Assembly: GCA_964398765.1 (NCBI GenBank)
Contig: CAYNNL010000001.1
Coordinates: 2,214-66,213, forward strand
Reading direction: 5' to 3'
Length of the DNA: 64,000 nt
Source: an uncultured bacterium
GTDB lineage: Bacteria; Deinococcota; Deinococci; Deinococcales; Trueperaceae
Below, piece after piece: positions 28,044 through 39,200 of this stretch (its first letter is position 1; every line of letters starts with the position of its first letter). A program made the translations under genes and the position numbers. Below the pieces are notes generated by a model, which was not told where the DNA came from, ran no database searches, and was given only the letters and a program-made list of their open reading frames with translations.

Positions 28044-28634
28044 GTGGCGCGTTCCCTGAAGTACCTGTGGTTGGTCGCGGCGGTCGTCGTGCTGGGGGCC
28101 GGGGCGTTCTACCTCGGTACGTTGTTGGCGCCGAAGCCGGCGCTGGCCGGCACGGAGCTCAAGAACCCCGTGCAGGTGACGGGCCTGAGCCTCGTCGACA
28201 CCGCCGGCGAGCCGGTGGACCTGGCCGGCGACATGGCGGGGTCGGTGGCGCTCGTGTTCTTCGGCTACACGCGCTGCCCGGACGTGTGCCCGCTGACCAT
28301 GGCGCGGCTGGCCAGCGCGGTCGAGGCGGCGGGGGTCCCGCGTGACCTTGACGTCGTGATGGTGACGGTCGATCCGGGGTACGACACGCCTGAGGTGCTG
28401 GGCGAGTACGTCAAGCGTTTCCACCCGAGCTTCGTTGGCCTCACGGGCACGAACTCGCAGGTGGCCGAGGCCGCCAAGGCGTTCTTCGTGGGTTTCATCG
28501 ACGGGGGCGGCAGCGTGGCGCACACGGACGTGGTGGGCGTGGTGGACCGCCGCGGCTACCTGCGTTACATCTACGCTCAGGACGCGGTGCCGCACTTGGG
28601 TGAGGACGTGCCGGAACTGCTCAGGCGCCTCTGA
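28044..28634 (+). CDS. SCO1/SenC-family copper chaperone / thiol-disulfide protein
   Basis: The GTG start lies 7 nt after the HD-GYP stop. It has an N-terminal TM, LKYLWLVAAVVVLGAGAFY. FFGYTRCPDVCP (CxxxC) and ..VAHTD.. are typical of SCO proteins. Confidence 0.85.
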   Translation: MARSLKYLWLVAAVVVLGAGAFYLGTLLAPKPALAGTELKNPVQVTGLSLVDTAGEPVDLAGDMAGSVALVFFGYTRCPDVCPLTMARLASAVEAAGVPRDLDVVMVTVDPGYDTPEVLGEYVKRFHPSFVGLTGTNSQVAEAAKAFFVGFIDGGGSVAHTDVVGVVDRRGYLRYIYAQDAVPHLGEDVPELLRRL

Positions 28635-28679
28635 GGGCCGACCCGAGCGCCGCACGGCGCCAGCCCTGGCCTGGGCCGG

Positions 28680-29585
28680 TCACTCCGCCAGGGCGGCCTT
28701 GAGGGCGTACTCCGCGAGCGCGGCGGGCCGCATGCGGTAGTTGCCGCGCGTGCCGTCGAGCATGCCTAGCTGCCTGAACTCAGCTATCACGGCGGTGGTG
28801 GTCTCGCGCGCCGCGCCCACCATGGCCGCTAGCGTGTCGTGCGTGAGCGGCAGCGTGAGCCGGACGGTGCCGTCGGCCAGCGGCTGGCCGAAGCGCGACC
28901 CGAGGCGGAGGAACGCGCGCGCCACGCGGGCGGGGACGGGCTGCTCGGCCTCCTCGAGCGCGTGGGTGAGCACGGCCACCCGGGCGGCGGCGGCGCTCAG
29001 GAGCAGCTCGCTGAGCACGTCCGGCGGCAGTTCGGCCTGCGACCACTCGTCGAGGTGACGCACGACGACCTCGCCGCTGAGCGCGGTGGCCGTCTCGAGG
29101 TAGGCGCCGTGGCCGGGGGAGAGGGCGCCGATCACGTCTCCCGGACCCGCGAGCGCCACGACCCGCGGCCGGGGCACGTCGAGCTCGAGCGCCACCAGGC
29201 CGGCCTCGACGATGAGCGCGGCGTCAGCCCGTTCACCCGCCCGGTAGAGCACGTCGGCCCGCGCGTGCGCGCGCGAGGCGAGCCCCGACACGGCGAGCGG
29301 CTCGACCGGACCCGAGGGTGACCCGAACGGCGTGAGCGGCGCGCCCGGGCGGGGCGCGGCGCCCGCCAGCGCGGCGTGTACCTGGTCCGGTGCGCCGCTC
29401 CCGGCGTAGGGTGCCGGAGCTACCCGCGCCTGGATGACGGGAGCCGCGACCGAGCCCTGGTGCGCCGACGGGGTGGTTGGCGGCACGCCTTGCCGCAGCG
29501 CCGCAGGCGGTTCTGCTGCGCCAGCTGCCCCAAGGGGGTGGCGAGGGGTGAGCTGGTGGGCATCCGCGGCTGCCGTCATGCGCAC
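28680..29585 (-). CDS. Crp/Fnr-family transcriptional regulator (N-terminal boundary uncertain)
   Basis: The cNMP-binding-like core reads LYRAGERADAALIVEAGLVALE. The C-terminal HTH reads LTHDTLAAMVGAARETTTAVIAEFRQLGML. The first ~90 codons are Pro/Ala-rich with visibly more A/T-ending codons, so the true start may be internal. Confidence 0.72.
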   Translation of the reverse strand: MRMTAAADAHQLTPRHPLGAAGAAEPPAALRQGVPPTTPSAHQGSVAAPVIQARVAPAPYAGSGAPDQVHAALAGAAPRPGAPLTPFGSPSGPVEPLAVSGLASRAHARADVLYRAGERADAALIVEAGLVALELDVPRPRVVALAGPGDVIGALSPGHGAYLETATALSGEVVVRHLDEWSQAELPPDVLSELLLSAAAARVAVLTHALEEAEQPVPARVARAFLRLGSRFGQPLADGTVRLTLPLTHDTLAAMVGAARETTTAVIAEFRQLGMLDGTRGNYRMRPAALAEYALKAALAE

Positions 29586-29653
29586 ATTGTAGGCATGCTT
29601 GCGGCGGCCGATGAGGGATCCCCGTCACTTGCCCATGCGTGCTGGGCGCGCGC

Positions 29654-31006
29654 CTAGGGCACCGCGACGAAGCAGACCTCCCCGGCAACCATGGTGGCGC
29701 GGGGCCAGCCCCGCAGCATCCGGCCCTCCCACGGCCCGAGCTTCGCCTTGCTGGCGAAGCGGCTACCGTCGACGGCGCGCTCCGCCTCGAGGTCCAGCAC
29801 GGTCAGGTCGGCGGGCGAGCCGGGGGCCAGCGTGGGCTCGGGCCAGCCCATCACGGCGGCCGGGCCCGTCTGGAGCAGATGAAGCAGCCGCTGCAGAGGC
29901 AGCTCGCCCGTGACGACCAGCTCCGTGTACAGGAGCGCGAAGACCACCTCGAGGTTGGCGATGCCGAACGGCGCCTCGAGCAGGTCGCGCTCCTTCTCGG
30001 CGCGCGTGTGGGGTGCGTGGTCGGTGCCGATGCTGTCGACCGCGCCCGTCCGAACCGCCTCCCTCAGGTAGGCCACGTCCCCCGCGGTGCGCAGGGGCGG
30101 GGCGACCTTGAACACGGGGTCGAAGCCGCGAAGCGCCTCGTCCGTCAGGGTCAGGTGCTGCGGGGTCACCTCCACCGTGATCGGTGCACCGCTCCCCCGT
30201 TGCCAGGTGGCCACCTCGAGGGCGCGTCTGCTGGTCACGTGCGCGATATGGACGCGGGCACCGGTCATGCGGGCCAGCTCGGCGTCGCGGAACACCATGA
30301 TTGCCTCCGCCTCGGCTGGGTTGCCCGGTAGCCCGAGCACCCGACTGACTGGCCCCTCGTTCATCACGCCCTCGTGGCGCAGCGCGGGGTCCTCCGAGTG
30401 GGTCTGGATCACCAAGCCCAGGTCCGCGGCGTACTCGCAGGCGCGCCGCATGAGGTGCGAGTCCGCCACCGGGATGCCGTCGTCCGTGAGCATCACGGCG
30501 CCGGCCGCCTTCAGCGCAGCGAAGTCAGTGAGCCGCTCGCCTCTCAGCCCCACACTGAGGGCGGCGGCGGGCCGCAGACGCGCCTGCCGGACCGCTGCCG
30601 CGCGCCGCACGAGGTCGGCCACCAGCCCGGGCTCGTCGATCACGGGGACGGTGTTCGCCATGCTCACGACCGTCCCGAAGCCGCCGGCCGCTGCCGCCGT
30701 GAGCCCACTCGTCAGGTCCTCCTTCACCTCCTGGCCGGGGTCCCGCAGGTGCGCGTGGAGGTCGATGAAGGCAGGCGTGACGAGGGCGCCGGCCGCGTCG
30801 AGCTCCGTGTCGACCGCGCCGCCGAGGTCGAACCCCTCGATGACGCCGGCCTTCACGTAGAGGTCGACGGGCTCGCTGAGGCCGCGCTCCGTGGCCAGAC
30901 GGGCGCGTCGGATGACGGTCCGCGCGCCTGAGGTGCGGTCCCGGTCCGCGGCCGGCTCCACGCCGGTGACGGACCGGTTCGGTCGCTCTTCTCTCACTGC
31001 TGCCAT
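29654..31006 (-). CDS. pyrC: dihydroorotase
   Basis: Contains PAFIDLHAHLRDPG, GTDHAPHT and a KLGPWEGR.. tail. It lies downstream of pyrB in the same orientation. Confidence 0.9.
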   Translation of the reverse strand: MAAVREERPNRSVTGVEPAADRDRTSGARTVIRRARLATERGLSEPVDLYVKAGVIEGFDLGGAVDTELDAAGALVTPAFIDLHAHLRDPGQEVKEDLTSGLTAAAAGGFGTVVSMANTVPVIDEPGLVADLVRRAAAVRQARLRPAAALSVGLRGERLTDFAALKAAGAVMLTDDGIPVADSHLMRRACEYAADLGLVIQTHSEDPALRHEGVMNEGPVSRVLGLPGNPAEAEAIMVFRDAELARMTGARVHIAHVTSRRALEVATWQRGSGAPITVEVTPQHLTLTDEALRGFDPVFKVAPPLRTAGDVAYLREAVRTGAVDSIGTDHAPHTRAEKERDLLEAPFGIANLEVVFALLYTELVVTGELPLQRLLHLLQTGPAAVMGWPEPTLAPGSPADLTVLDLEAERAVDGSRFASKAKLGPWEGRMLRGWPRATMVAGEVCFVAVP

Positions 31007-31034
31007 CCGTTCTCGCTGCTCGCGGGTAGCCGGG

Positions 31035-32623
<1,589 letters not shown>

Positions 32624-32718
32624 TCACGCCACGATACAGCGTCGGGGTGGCCCACGTTGGGTGCCGGGGCGCGCCCCGCATGGCCCCGTGGACTGCCCGG
32701 CGGCGCCGAGGTGCGTGT

Positions 32719-32724
32719 TGTAAT
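32719..32724 (+). promoter_or_regulatory. candidate -10 box (TGTAAT) 6 nt before the aldehyde dehydrogenase ATG (leaderless layout)
   Basis: Sequence reads TGTAAT-gacccc-ATG. Confidence 0.4.
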
Positions 32725-32730
32725 GACCCC

Positions 32731-34299
32731 ATGAGCAGCGCGAGAACCTACCCACACCTCTACGGCGGGAAGGAGGTCCGGGGCGAACGGACCTTCGAGA
32801 GCCGCAACTCGAGCGACACCAGCGACGTGCTGGGCGCCTTCTATGAGGCCACCAAGGAGCAGGTCCAGGAGGCGGCCCGCGCCGCCAAGGCGGCCGCGCG
32901 CGGCTGGGCCAAGACCCCCGCTCCCATCCGCGGCCAGGTGATCGGGCTGGTGGGCCAGGCCATCGAACGCGAGAAGGAGTCGCTCTCGCGCCTCATCACG
33001 CGCGAGATGGGCAAGACCCTCAAGGAGGCCCGGGGGGACGTGCAGGAGGCCATCGACACCTGCTACTTCTTCCAGAGCGAGGGGCGGCGCCTCTACGGGC
33101 AGAGCGTGCCGAGCGAGATGCCCAACAAGGACCTCACCACCTACCGGCGCCCTCTCGGCGTTGTCGGCATCGTGACGGCCGGCAACTTCCCGGTCGCCGT
33201 GCCCAGCTGGAAGATCATCCCGGCCCTGCTGACGGGCAACACCATCGTGTGGAAGCCGTCCGAGGACGTGCCGGCGTGCTCCTACGCCTTCGCCAAGATC
33301 CTCCTGGGTGCCGGCCTGCCCGCCGGCGTCTTCAACGTCGTGTTCGGCGGCGGCAAGGACGCGGCGGGCCAGTACGTGATCGAGCTGATGGACGACGGCC
33401 TGATCGACAAGATGGCGTTCACCGGCTCCAGCGCCGTGGGCAGGTTGGTGGGCGAGGCCGCGGGCCGCAACCTGCAGCACCCCACGCTCGAGCTGGGCGG
33501 CAAGAACCCGCTGGTGGTCATGCGCGACGCCGACCTGGACAACGCCGTGCAGGGCGCCATCTTCTCCGCCTACGCCACGGGCGGCCAGCGCTGCACGAGT
33601 GCCGGGAACGTCATCGTGGACGCGCCCGTCTACGACGAGTTCAAGAGGCGGTTCCTCGCGGCCGTAGAGGCAATCCGTATCGGCGACCCGCTCAAGACCG
33701 AGGACGTGCTCTACGGTCCGTTCATCAACGAGCGGTTCTTCGAACGCTGGCAGAAGCAGTACGAGTGGGGCGAGGCGGACGGCGCTACGCTCCTCTACGG
33801 CAAGGGCCGCATCACGCCCGACTCGAAGCCGAGCGGCTTCGTGGGCGACCCCACCACCGGCATCTACGGCTGGCCGACCGTGTGGGAGGGCGTCAAGCCC
33901 GGTATGAAGCTCTTCCAGGAGGAGATCTTCGGCCCCACCATCAACCTCGTGATGGTCGACGGCATCGAGGAGGCCATCGCCACGGCCAACGCGGTCGACT
34001 ACGGCCTGTCCAGCAGCATCTACACCAACGACCGTGAGTGGGTGTACGCCTACAAGGACAACATCCAGGCCGGCATGACCAGCATCAACAACACCACCAA
34101 CGGCGCGGAGGCGCACATGCCGTTCGGCGGCGTGAAGGCGAGCGGCAACGGCACCCGCGAGAGCGGCATCTGGGTCATCGAGAGCTACACGTACTGGCAC
34201 GCCGTCAACGACGACGTGTCCGGCAAGCTCCAGCTCGCGCAGATGGACACCGCCTACGTGGAGCCGCAGGCGCCTGTGAAGGTCAGCGAGTTGTTCTGA
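32731..34299 (+). CDS. NAD(P)-dependent aldehyde dehydrogenase family protein
   Basis: I use the internal start MSSARTYPHLYGG. Contains VTAGNFPVAVPSWKIIPALLTGNTIVWKPSE, LELGGKNPLVV (catalytic Glu) and GQRCTSAGN (catalytic Cys). The substrate cannot be read from the sequence. Confidence 0.88.
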   Translation: MSSARTYPHLYGGKEVRGERTFESRNSSDTSDVLGAFYEATKEQVQEAARAAKAAARGWAKTPAPIRGQVIGLVGQAIEREKESLSRLITREMGKTLKEARGDVQEAIDTCYFFQSEGRRLYGQSVPSEMPNKDLTTYRRPLGVVGIVTAGNFPVAVPSWKIIPALLTGNTIVWKPSEDVPACSYAFAKILLGAGLPAGVFNVVFGGGKDAAGQYVIELMDDGLIDKMAFTGSSAVGRLVGEAAGRNLQHPTLELGGKNPLVVMRDADLDNAVQGAIFSAYATGGQRCTSAGNVIVDAPVYDEFKRRFLAAVEAIRIGDPLKTEDVLYGPFINERFFERWQKQYEWGEADGATLLYGKGRITPDSKPSGFVGDPTTGIYGWPTVWEGVKPGMKLFQEEIFGPTINLVMVDGIEEAIATANAVDYGLSSSIYTNDREWVYAYKDNIQAGMTSINNTTNGAEAHMPFGGVKASGNGTRESGIWVIESYTYWHAVNDDVSGKLQLAQMDTAYVEPQAPVKVSELF

Positions 34300-34308
34300 G
34301 GCTGGGGG

Positions 34309-35382
34309 TCAGTCGTCGCGCTGCAGCACCGCCGCCAGGCGCTCGTCGGCCAGGAGCGTCTTCAGCTCCTGCACCCGGTCCTTGTGCACGAGCAGCACGG
34401 CGTTGCCGCGCTTCACGATTACCAGGTCGTGCACGCCGAGGGTGACGATCACGTCGTCCGGGTCCTCCGTGTAGACGATGTTGCGCGACGTGTCTAGCCC
34501 CACGTGCCTGCCCACCACGGTGTTGGCGCCGCCGGGCCCGTCCTCGGGCGTGAGGAGGCGCTCCAGGGCCACCCAGTCGCCGATGTCGTCCCAACGGAAC
34601 GTGCCCGGCACGACCAGCGCCTTCTCCGTGCGCTCCATCAGCGCGAAGTCGATGCTGATCTTCTTGAGGGTGGGGAAGACCGCCTCGACCTCGCCGCTGG
34701 CGAAGGCGCGTCGCAGCGGCAGCATGAGGTCGGGGTCCAGCTCGTCGAGCTCGGCCAGCGCCGTTCGCACGCGCCAGACGAAGATCCCGGCGTTCCAGAG
34801 GTGACGGCCGCCCGCCAGGTAGGCCTTGGCGGTAGGCAGGTTCGGCTTCTCGACGAAGCGCGCCACGCGGTTGCCGGCGCCGACCGGCTCGCCCACCTCT
34901 ATGTAGCCGTAGCCCGTGGCGGGACGCGACGGCGTTATGCCGATGGTCACCAACCCCTGCTCGTCGGCCGCGAGGCGGATGGCGGCGCGGGTCACGTCCT
35001 GGAAGGCGTCTGCGTCGGCGATCTCGTGGTCGGAGGAGAAGAACCCGGCGACCACGTCACCGAAACGCTCCTCGATGGTCAGGCAGGCGAGCGCGATGGC
35101 GGGCGCGGAGTCGCGCGGGGTGGGCTCAACGAGCAGGTTCTCGGGAGGCAGCTCGGGTAGCTGCTGGCGCACCAACGGCACGTACCGCTCCGCCGTGGCT
35201 ACCAGGATCCGGCGCGGCGAGCCGGCGAGGGGCAGCACGCGGTCGAACGTGGCCTGCAGCAACGTGCGGCCCGACTGGCTCAGGTCTAGGAACTGCTTCG
35301 GTTTGCCCGGCGTGGAGAGGGGCCAGAAGCGCTGGCCCTGCCCGCCGGCCATGATGACCGCCACGAACTGCTCGCTGCTCAC
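34309..35382 (-). CDS. manC: mannose-1-phosphate guanylyltransferase (no PMI domain)
   Basis: Contains FVAVIMAGGQGQRFWPLSTPGKPKQFL and YGYIEVGE. At 357 aa it has no C-terminal cupin/PMI module. Confidence 0.85.
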   Translation of the reverse strand: MSSEQFVAVIMAGGQGQRFWPLSTPGKPKQFLDLSQSGRTLLQATFDRVLPLAGSPRRILVATAERYVPLVRQQLPELPPENLLVEPTPRDSAPAIALACLTIEERFGDVVAGFFSSDHEIADADAFQDVTRAAIRLAADEQGLVTIGITPSRPATGYGYIEVGEPVGAGNRVARFVEKPNLPTAKAYLAGGRHLWNAGIFVWRVRTALAELDELDPDLMLPLRRAFASGEVEAVFPTLKKISIDFALMERTEKALVVPGTFRWDDIGDWVALERLLTPEDGPGGANTVVGRHVGLDTSRNIVYTEDPDDVIVTLGVHDLVIVKRGNAVLLVHKDRVQELKTLLADERLAAVLQRDD

Positions 35383-35412
35383 GAGGCTTCCCCCCTGGTC
35401 ATGAGGTGGTGC

Positions 35413-36243
35413 TCACTTGCCGAACCGACGCTCGCGCGCCTGGAACGACCGCACGGCCCTGAGGAAATCGACCTTGCGGAACTCGGGCCAGTTGGCGTCG
35501 CAGAAGTAGAACTCGCTGTAGGCGGTCTGCCACAGCAGGAAGCCCGACAGCCGCACCTCGCCCGACGTGCGGATCACGAAGTCCGGGTCCGGCAGGCCCG
35601 CCGTGTAGAGGTGGCGTGTGATCTCCTCGGCCGTCAGGCCCGCGGCCACCTCGTCGAGCGTGGCGCCGGCGGCCGCGCGTTCCGCGGCCAACCGCTTGAC
35701 GGCGTCCACGATCTCCTCCCGCCCCCCGTACCCGAGCGCCACGTTCACGTGCATGCCGTCGTAACCGCTCGTGGCCTCCTCCATCGCCGCAAGCGCCTCC
35801 TTGGCGGCGGGCGGGAAGTCGGCGATGTCGCCGATGACCCTCACTCGCACCTTGTTGGCGTGCAGGCGCTCGTCGTTGAGGAGGCTCCGCGCCTGCTCGG
35901 CGAAGAGCTGATGCAGGTGCTCCACCTCGCTGCTCGACCGGGAGCGGTTCTCCGTGCTGAAGCCCCAGAGCGTCACGTGCGGGATGCCCAGCTCCAGGCA
36001 CCAGTCGAGGACCTCGCGTGCCTTGCCCGCGCCGTAGTCGTGCCCCGCCGCGATGTCGATGCCGGCCGCGCGCGCGAAGCGGCGGTTGCCGTCCATGATG
36101 ATGCCGATGTGCTTCGGAAGGTGACCCTCACTGCTCACGGCGCGAAGCAGGCGGCGCTCGTACAGCCAGTAGAGCGGTTTCGTGACGGCGGACACGGCGC
36201 CGAAGGCGCGCAAGGCACCGTTCGCTTGGCTGGCGTCTGGCAC
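35413..36243 (-). CDS. uppS: undecaprenyl diphosphate synthase (isoprenyl transferase)
   Basis: Contains HIGIIMDGNRRFA, TLWGFSTENRSR and RTSGEVRLSGFLLWQTAYSEFYF. Confidence 0.92.
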   Translation of the reverse strand: MPDASQANGALRAFGAVSAVTKPLYWLYERRLLRAVSSEGHLPKHIGIIMDGNRRFARAAGIDIAAGHDYGAGKAREVLDWCLELGIPHVTLWGFSTENRSRSSSEVEHLHQLFAEQARSLLNDERLHANKVRVRVIGDIADFPPAAKEALAAMEEATSGYDGMHVNVALGYGGREEIVDAVKRLAAERAAAGATLDEVAAGLTAEEITRHLYTAGLPDPDFVIRTSGEVRLSGFLLWQTAYSEFYFCDANWPEFRKVDFLRAVRSFQARERRFGK

Positions 36244-36297
36244 GCGGCAGTCTACCGCGGGCCGCCGCGGGCGGTCAGGCGGGCCGGGCGGAGCGGG

Positions 36298-39200
36298 TCA
36301 CTTGCCCGAGCCCCCCAGCATGGCCGCCGGGGTATGCAGCAGGATGTCGACGTCCCACCACACCGACCAGTTGCGCACGTAGTGCGCCTCCATGGCCTGC
36401 CGCTCCTCGAAGGTCACGTCGTTGCGCGCTTCCGTCTGCCAGTAACCGGTCATACCCGGCCTGGCGAGGAAGATGATGTCGCGTTCGGGGCCCATCAGGT
36501 CACGCTCCCTGACCATGTACGGCCGCGGACCGACCAGGCTCATCTGGCCCACGAACACGTTGAGGAGTTGCGGGAGCTCGTCGAGTGACGCGCGGCGGAG
36601 CAGCCGGCCGATCCGCGTCACCCGCGGGTCATGCTCGAGCTTGTGGTAGCGCCCATACTCCGCTCGCAGTTCCGGCTGCTCCGCCAGGAGCCCCTCGAGG
36701 CGCTCGTCGGCGTCTACGTGCATCGTGCGGAACTTGATGCAGCCGAACTCGCGGCCGTAACGGCCGATGCGGGGGGAGACGTACAGCGCCGGTCCGCGCG
36801 AGTCGAGGCGGATGAGGGCGGCGATGAGGAGGAGCGGCGGGCCGAGCACCACGAGGAGGAACGCAGCGCCGATCAGGTCGGTGACGCGCTTGACGGCCCG
36901 GTTGGTGGTCGAGGCGAGCTGGTTGCGGACCTCCAGACCCAGCGTCGGGCCCAGCGGCGCGGCGACGACCGAGTTGGTTGGCAGCCCACGCAGGTCGGGG
37001 AGGTACTGGATGTACTTGAGGCGCGCGCCCGACTGCAGGAGGACGCGGTCGAAGGCGGCCGCGGTCGCCGCGGCGGGGCTGATTATCGCGTGCCTCACCT
37101 CGTTGGTTTCGATGTAGGTCCAGGCGTGCTCCAGGCTGCCGGTGATCGGTAAGGCCGTGAGTGGCCAGTCGGTCGGGTCGCCGAACACCGCCATGGGGTG
37201 GAGGCCGATGTCGGGGTGACCCAGCAGGTGGCGGGTGACCTGGGCCGCGGCCGGCTCGGTGCCCAGCACGACGACGGGGCGGCCCCAGAGCCTGAGCAGC
37301 CGCAGCGCTCGTTGCGCGAGGAAGCGGAACGTGGGCGCCAACAGCGCCGCGGCCGGCACGGCCACGAAGAACACGCGCGCAGGCAGCCCGAACGCCTCCG
37401 GCGTCACCAGCGCGAGGAAGCCGACCACGACTGCCGCTGCTGCGGCGGCCTTCACGGAGCGGCCCAGCTTCTGGTGCGAAGGCAGGCCGTAGCCAGGGTA
37501 GAGGCCCGCGGCGGCGGCGATTGCCGGCCACACGAGCGTGGCGTACACGAGAGGAAGGCTCCACCCGGCGGCGGCCACGCCTGAGCCGTAGCGGCCCGCG
37601 GCGTACATGCCCAGCGAGAGGGCGGCAGCACCGGCGAAGCAGTCCGCGAACGCCAGACCGAGCCTCACGGCGGTCGCGCTGCCGACTCCCGTCTCGGCCT
37701 CGGCGATCTCCCGGCTCCCCACGGCTCGCCAACCCAGCACGGCGGCGAGGGGGTAGATGACCGCGCCGGACAGGAGGGTCGTGTCGAACAGGTTGAGCAC
37801 CACGATGCCGACGAGCACGAGGACGGCTGCCCGGTCGCGTTGTTGGACGGCCCTGGTAGCCAACAAGGCGAGCAACCCGAGCAGCCCTAACAACCCGATC
37901 ACGCCCCGGTCGACCCAAGCCGCGAGGAGCGAGTTGTGCGCGTGCGCGGCCACGGTTCGCAGAGGTACCTCGTCAGGATGCAGGGTCGCGACGGCGAGCG
38001 GGAAGCCGTCTGGTCCCCAGCCGAGCAGCGGCCTGGTCGCTATGGCCTCCATGGCGTCGCGCCAGATGGGGAAACGGGAGGTCCTCAGGTCCGCGACGCC
38101 GCGCGATGCGGCGCCCGGCTTGTAGGGAAGCAGCGTGCCTGACGGTGTCAACTGGAGCTCGGCGAACGAGGTCGTCGACCCCACTCGCTCCGAGCGGTCC
38201 GGCACGACGCCAACGTACCAGGTGAGCGGCCGCTCGCCCCGGTAACGGAACGTCACAGACGCGCGCACCCAGCCCTCACCGACCGGGTCGGCTTCGGCCG
38301 CCAAGACCTGGAGGGCCCCCGTGCTGCGCGCCGCGTGCGTTGGGCCGTCGAGGGTCGTGCCGAGGTTGGCCGCGGCCTCGTCGCCCACGCGGCCCCAGCC
38401 GTCGAACCCCGGCAGTGAGCCCGGCGGGACTTCCAGCAGCGCGCTGAGCGTGTAGCTCTGGCCGGGGGAGAGGGTGATGGCCTGCTGAAGCCTCGACCAT
38501 GGGTCGGGCGAGACCTTCGTGACGTCGAAGACGGTCCGGGCCGCCCCGGCCACCTGCTCTTGTCTGCCGACGAAGGTCACGCCGAGCGGGTACCACCAGT
38601 CGCCACGATTCACCTCTGTGCCCCTGAACAGGTTGCTCGGCTCGTCCGTGGGCGCCATGTCGGTCAGGAAGCCGGTGCGCCCCAACCCCAGCCAGGCGGC
38701 CACACCGCTGGCTATCAGCGCCATGACGACGATGAGGGCCCACTCGGCGCTCCTGGTGGAGCGCGTGCCCCGCCGACCCAGGAAACGGAGCCCGACGGCG
38801 ACTATCAGCCAGGCCGCCACCGCCTCGAGCGCACCGGACACCACCACGCCCACCGCGCCGATGGCCATGGCCACCACGCGCAGGCGCGGAGAGGGGAGCA
38901 CCAGCGCCACCGCCACCGACAGCACGAGGATCGCGTGACCGAACAGCGCGGGGTGGGTGTCCCACACGATTGCGTCGAGCGCGGTCCGGGCGACGTCGAA
39001 GCGGAAGCTCCCGATATGGCGGAGGCCGAGGCCCAGGGTGATCGCTAGGCCGACGACCAGCCCCGCGCTGATGTCGATCGGCGCGGTGGTGTTCTTCAGG
39101 CTGCGGCGGAGCTCCGTCGCCGACCGGAAGAGCAACCAGACCGCCAGCACCTGGGCGCTGCTCAGGAGGCCCTCCGTCACGTGGCCCCCGATGATGAACG

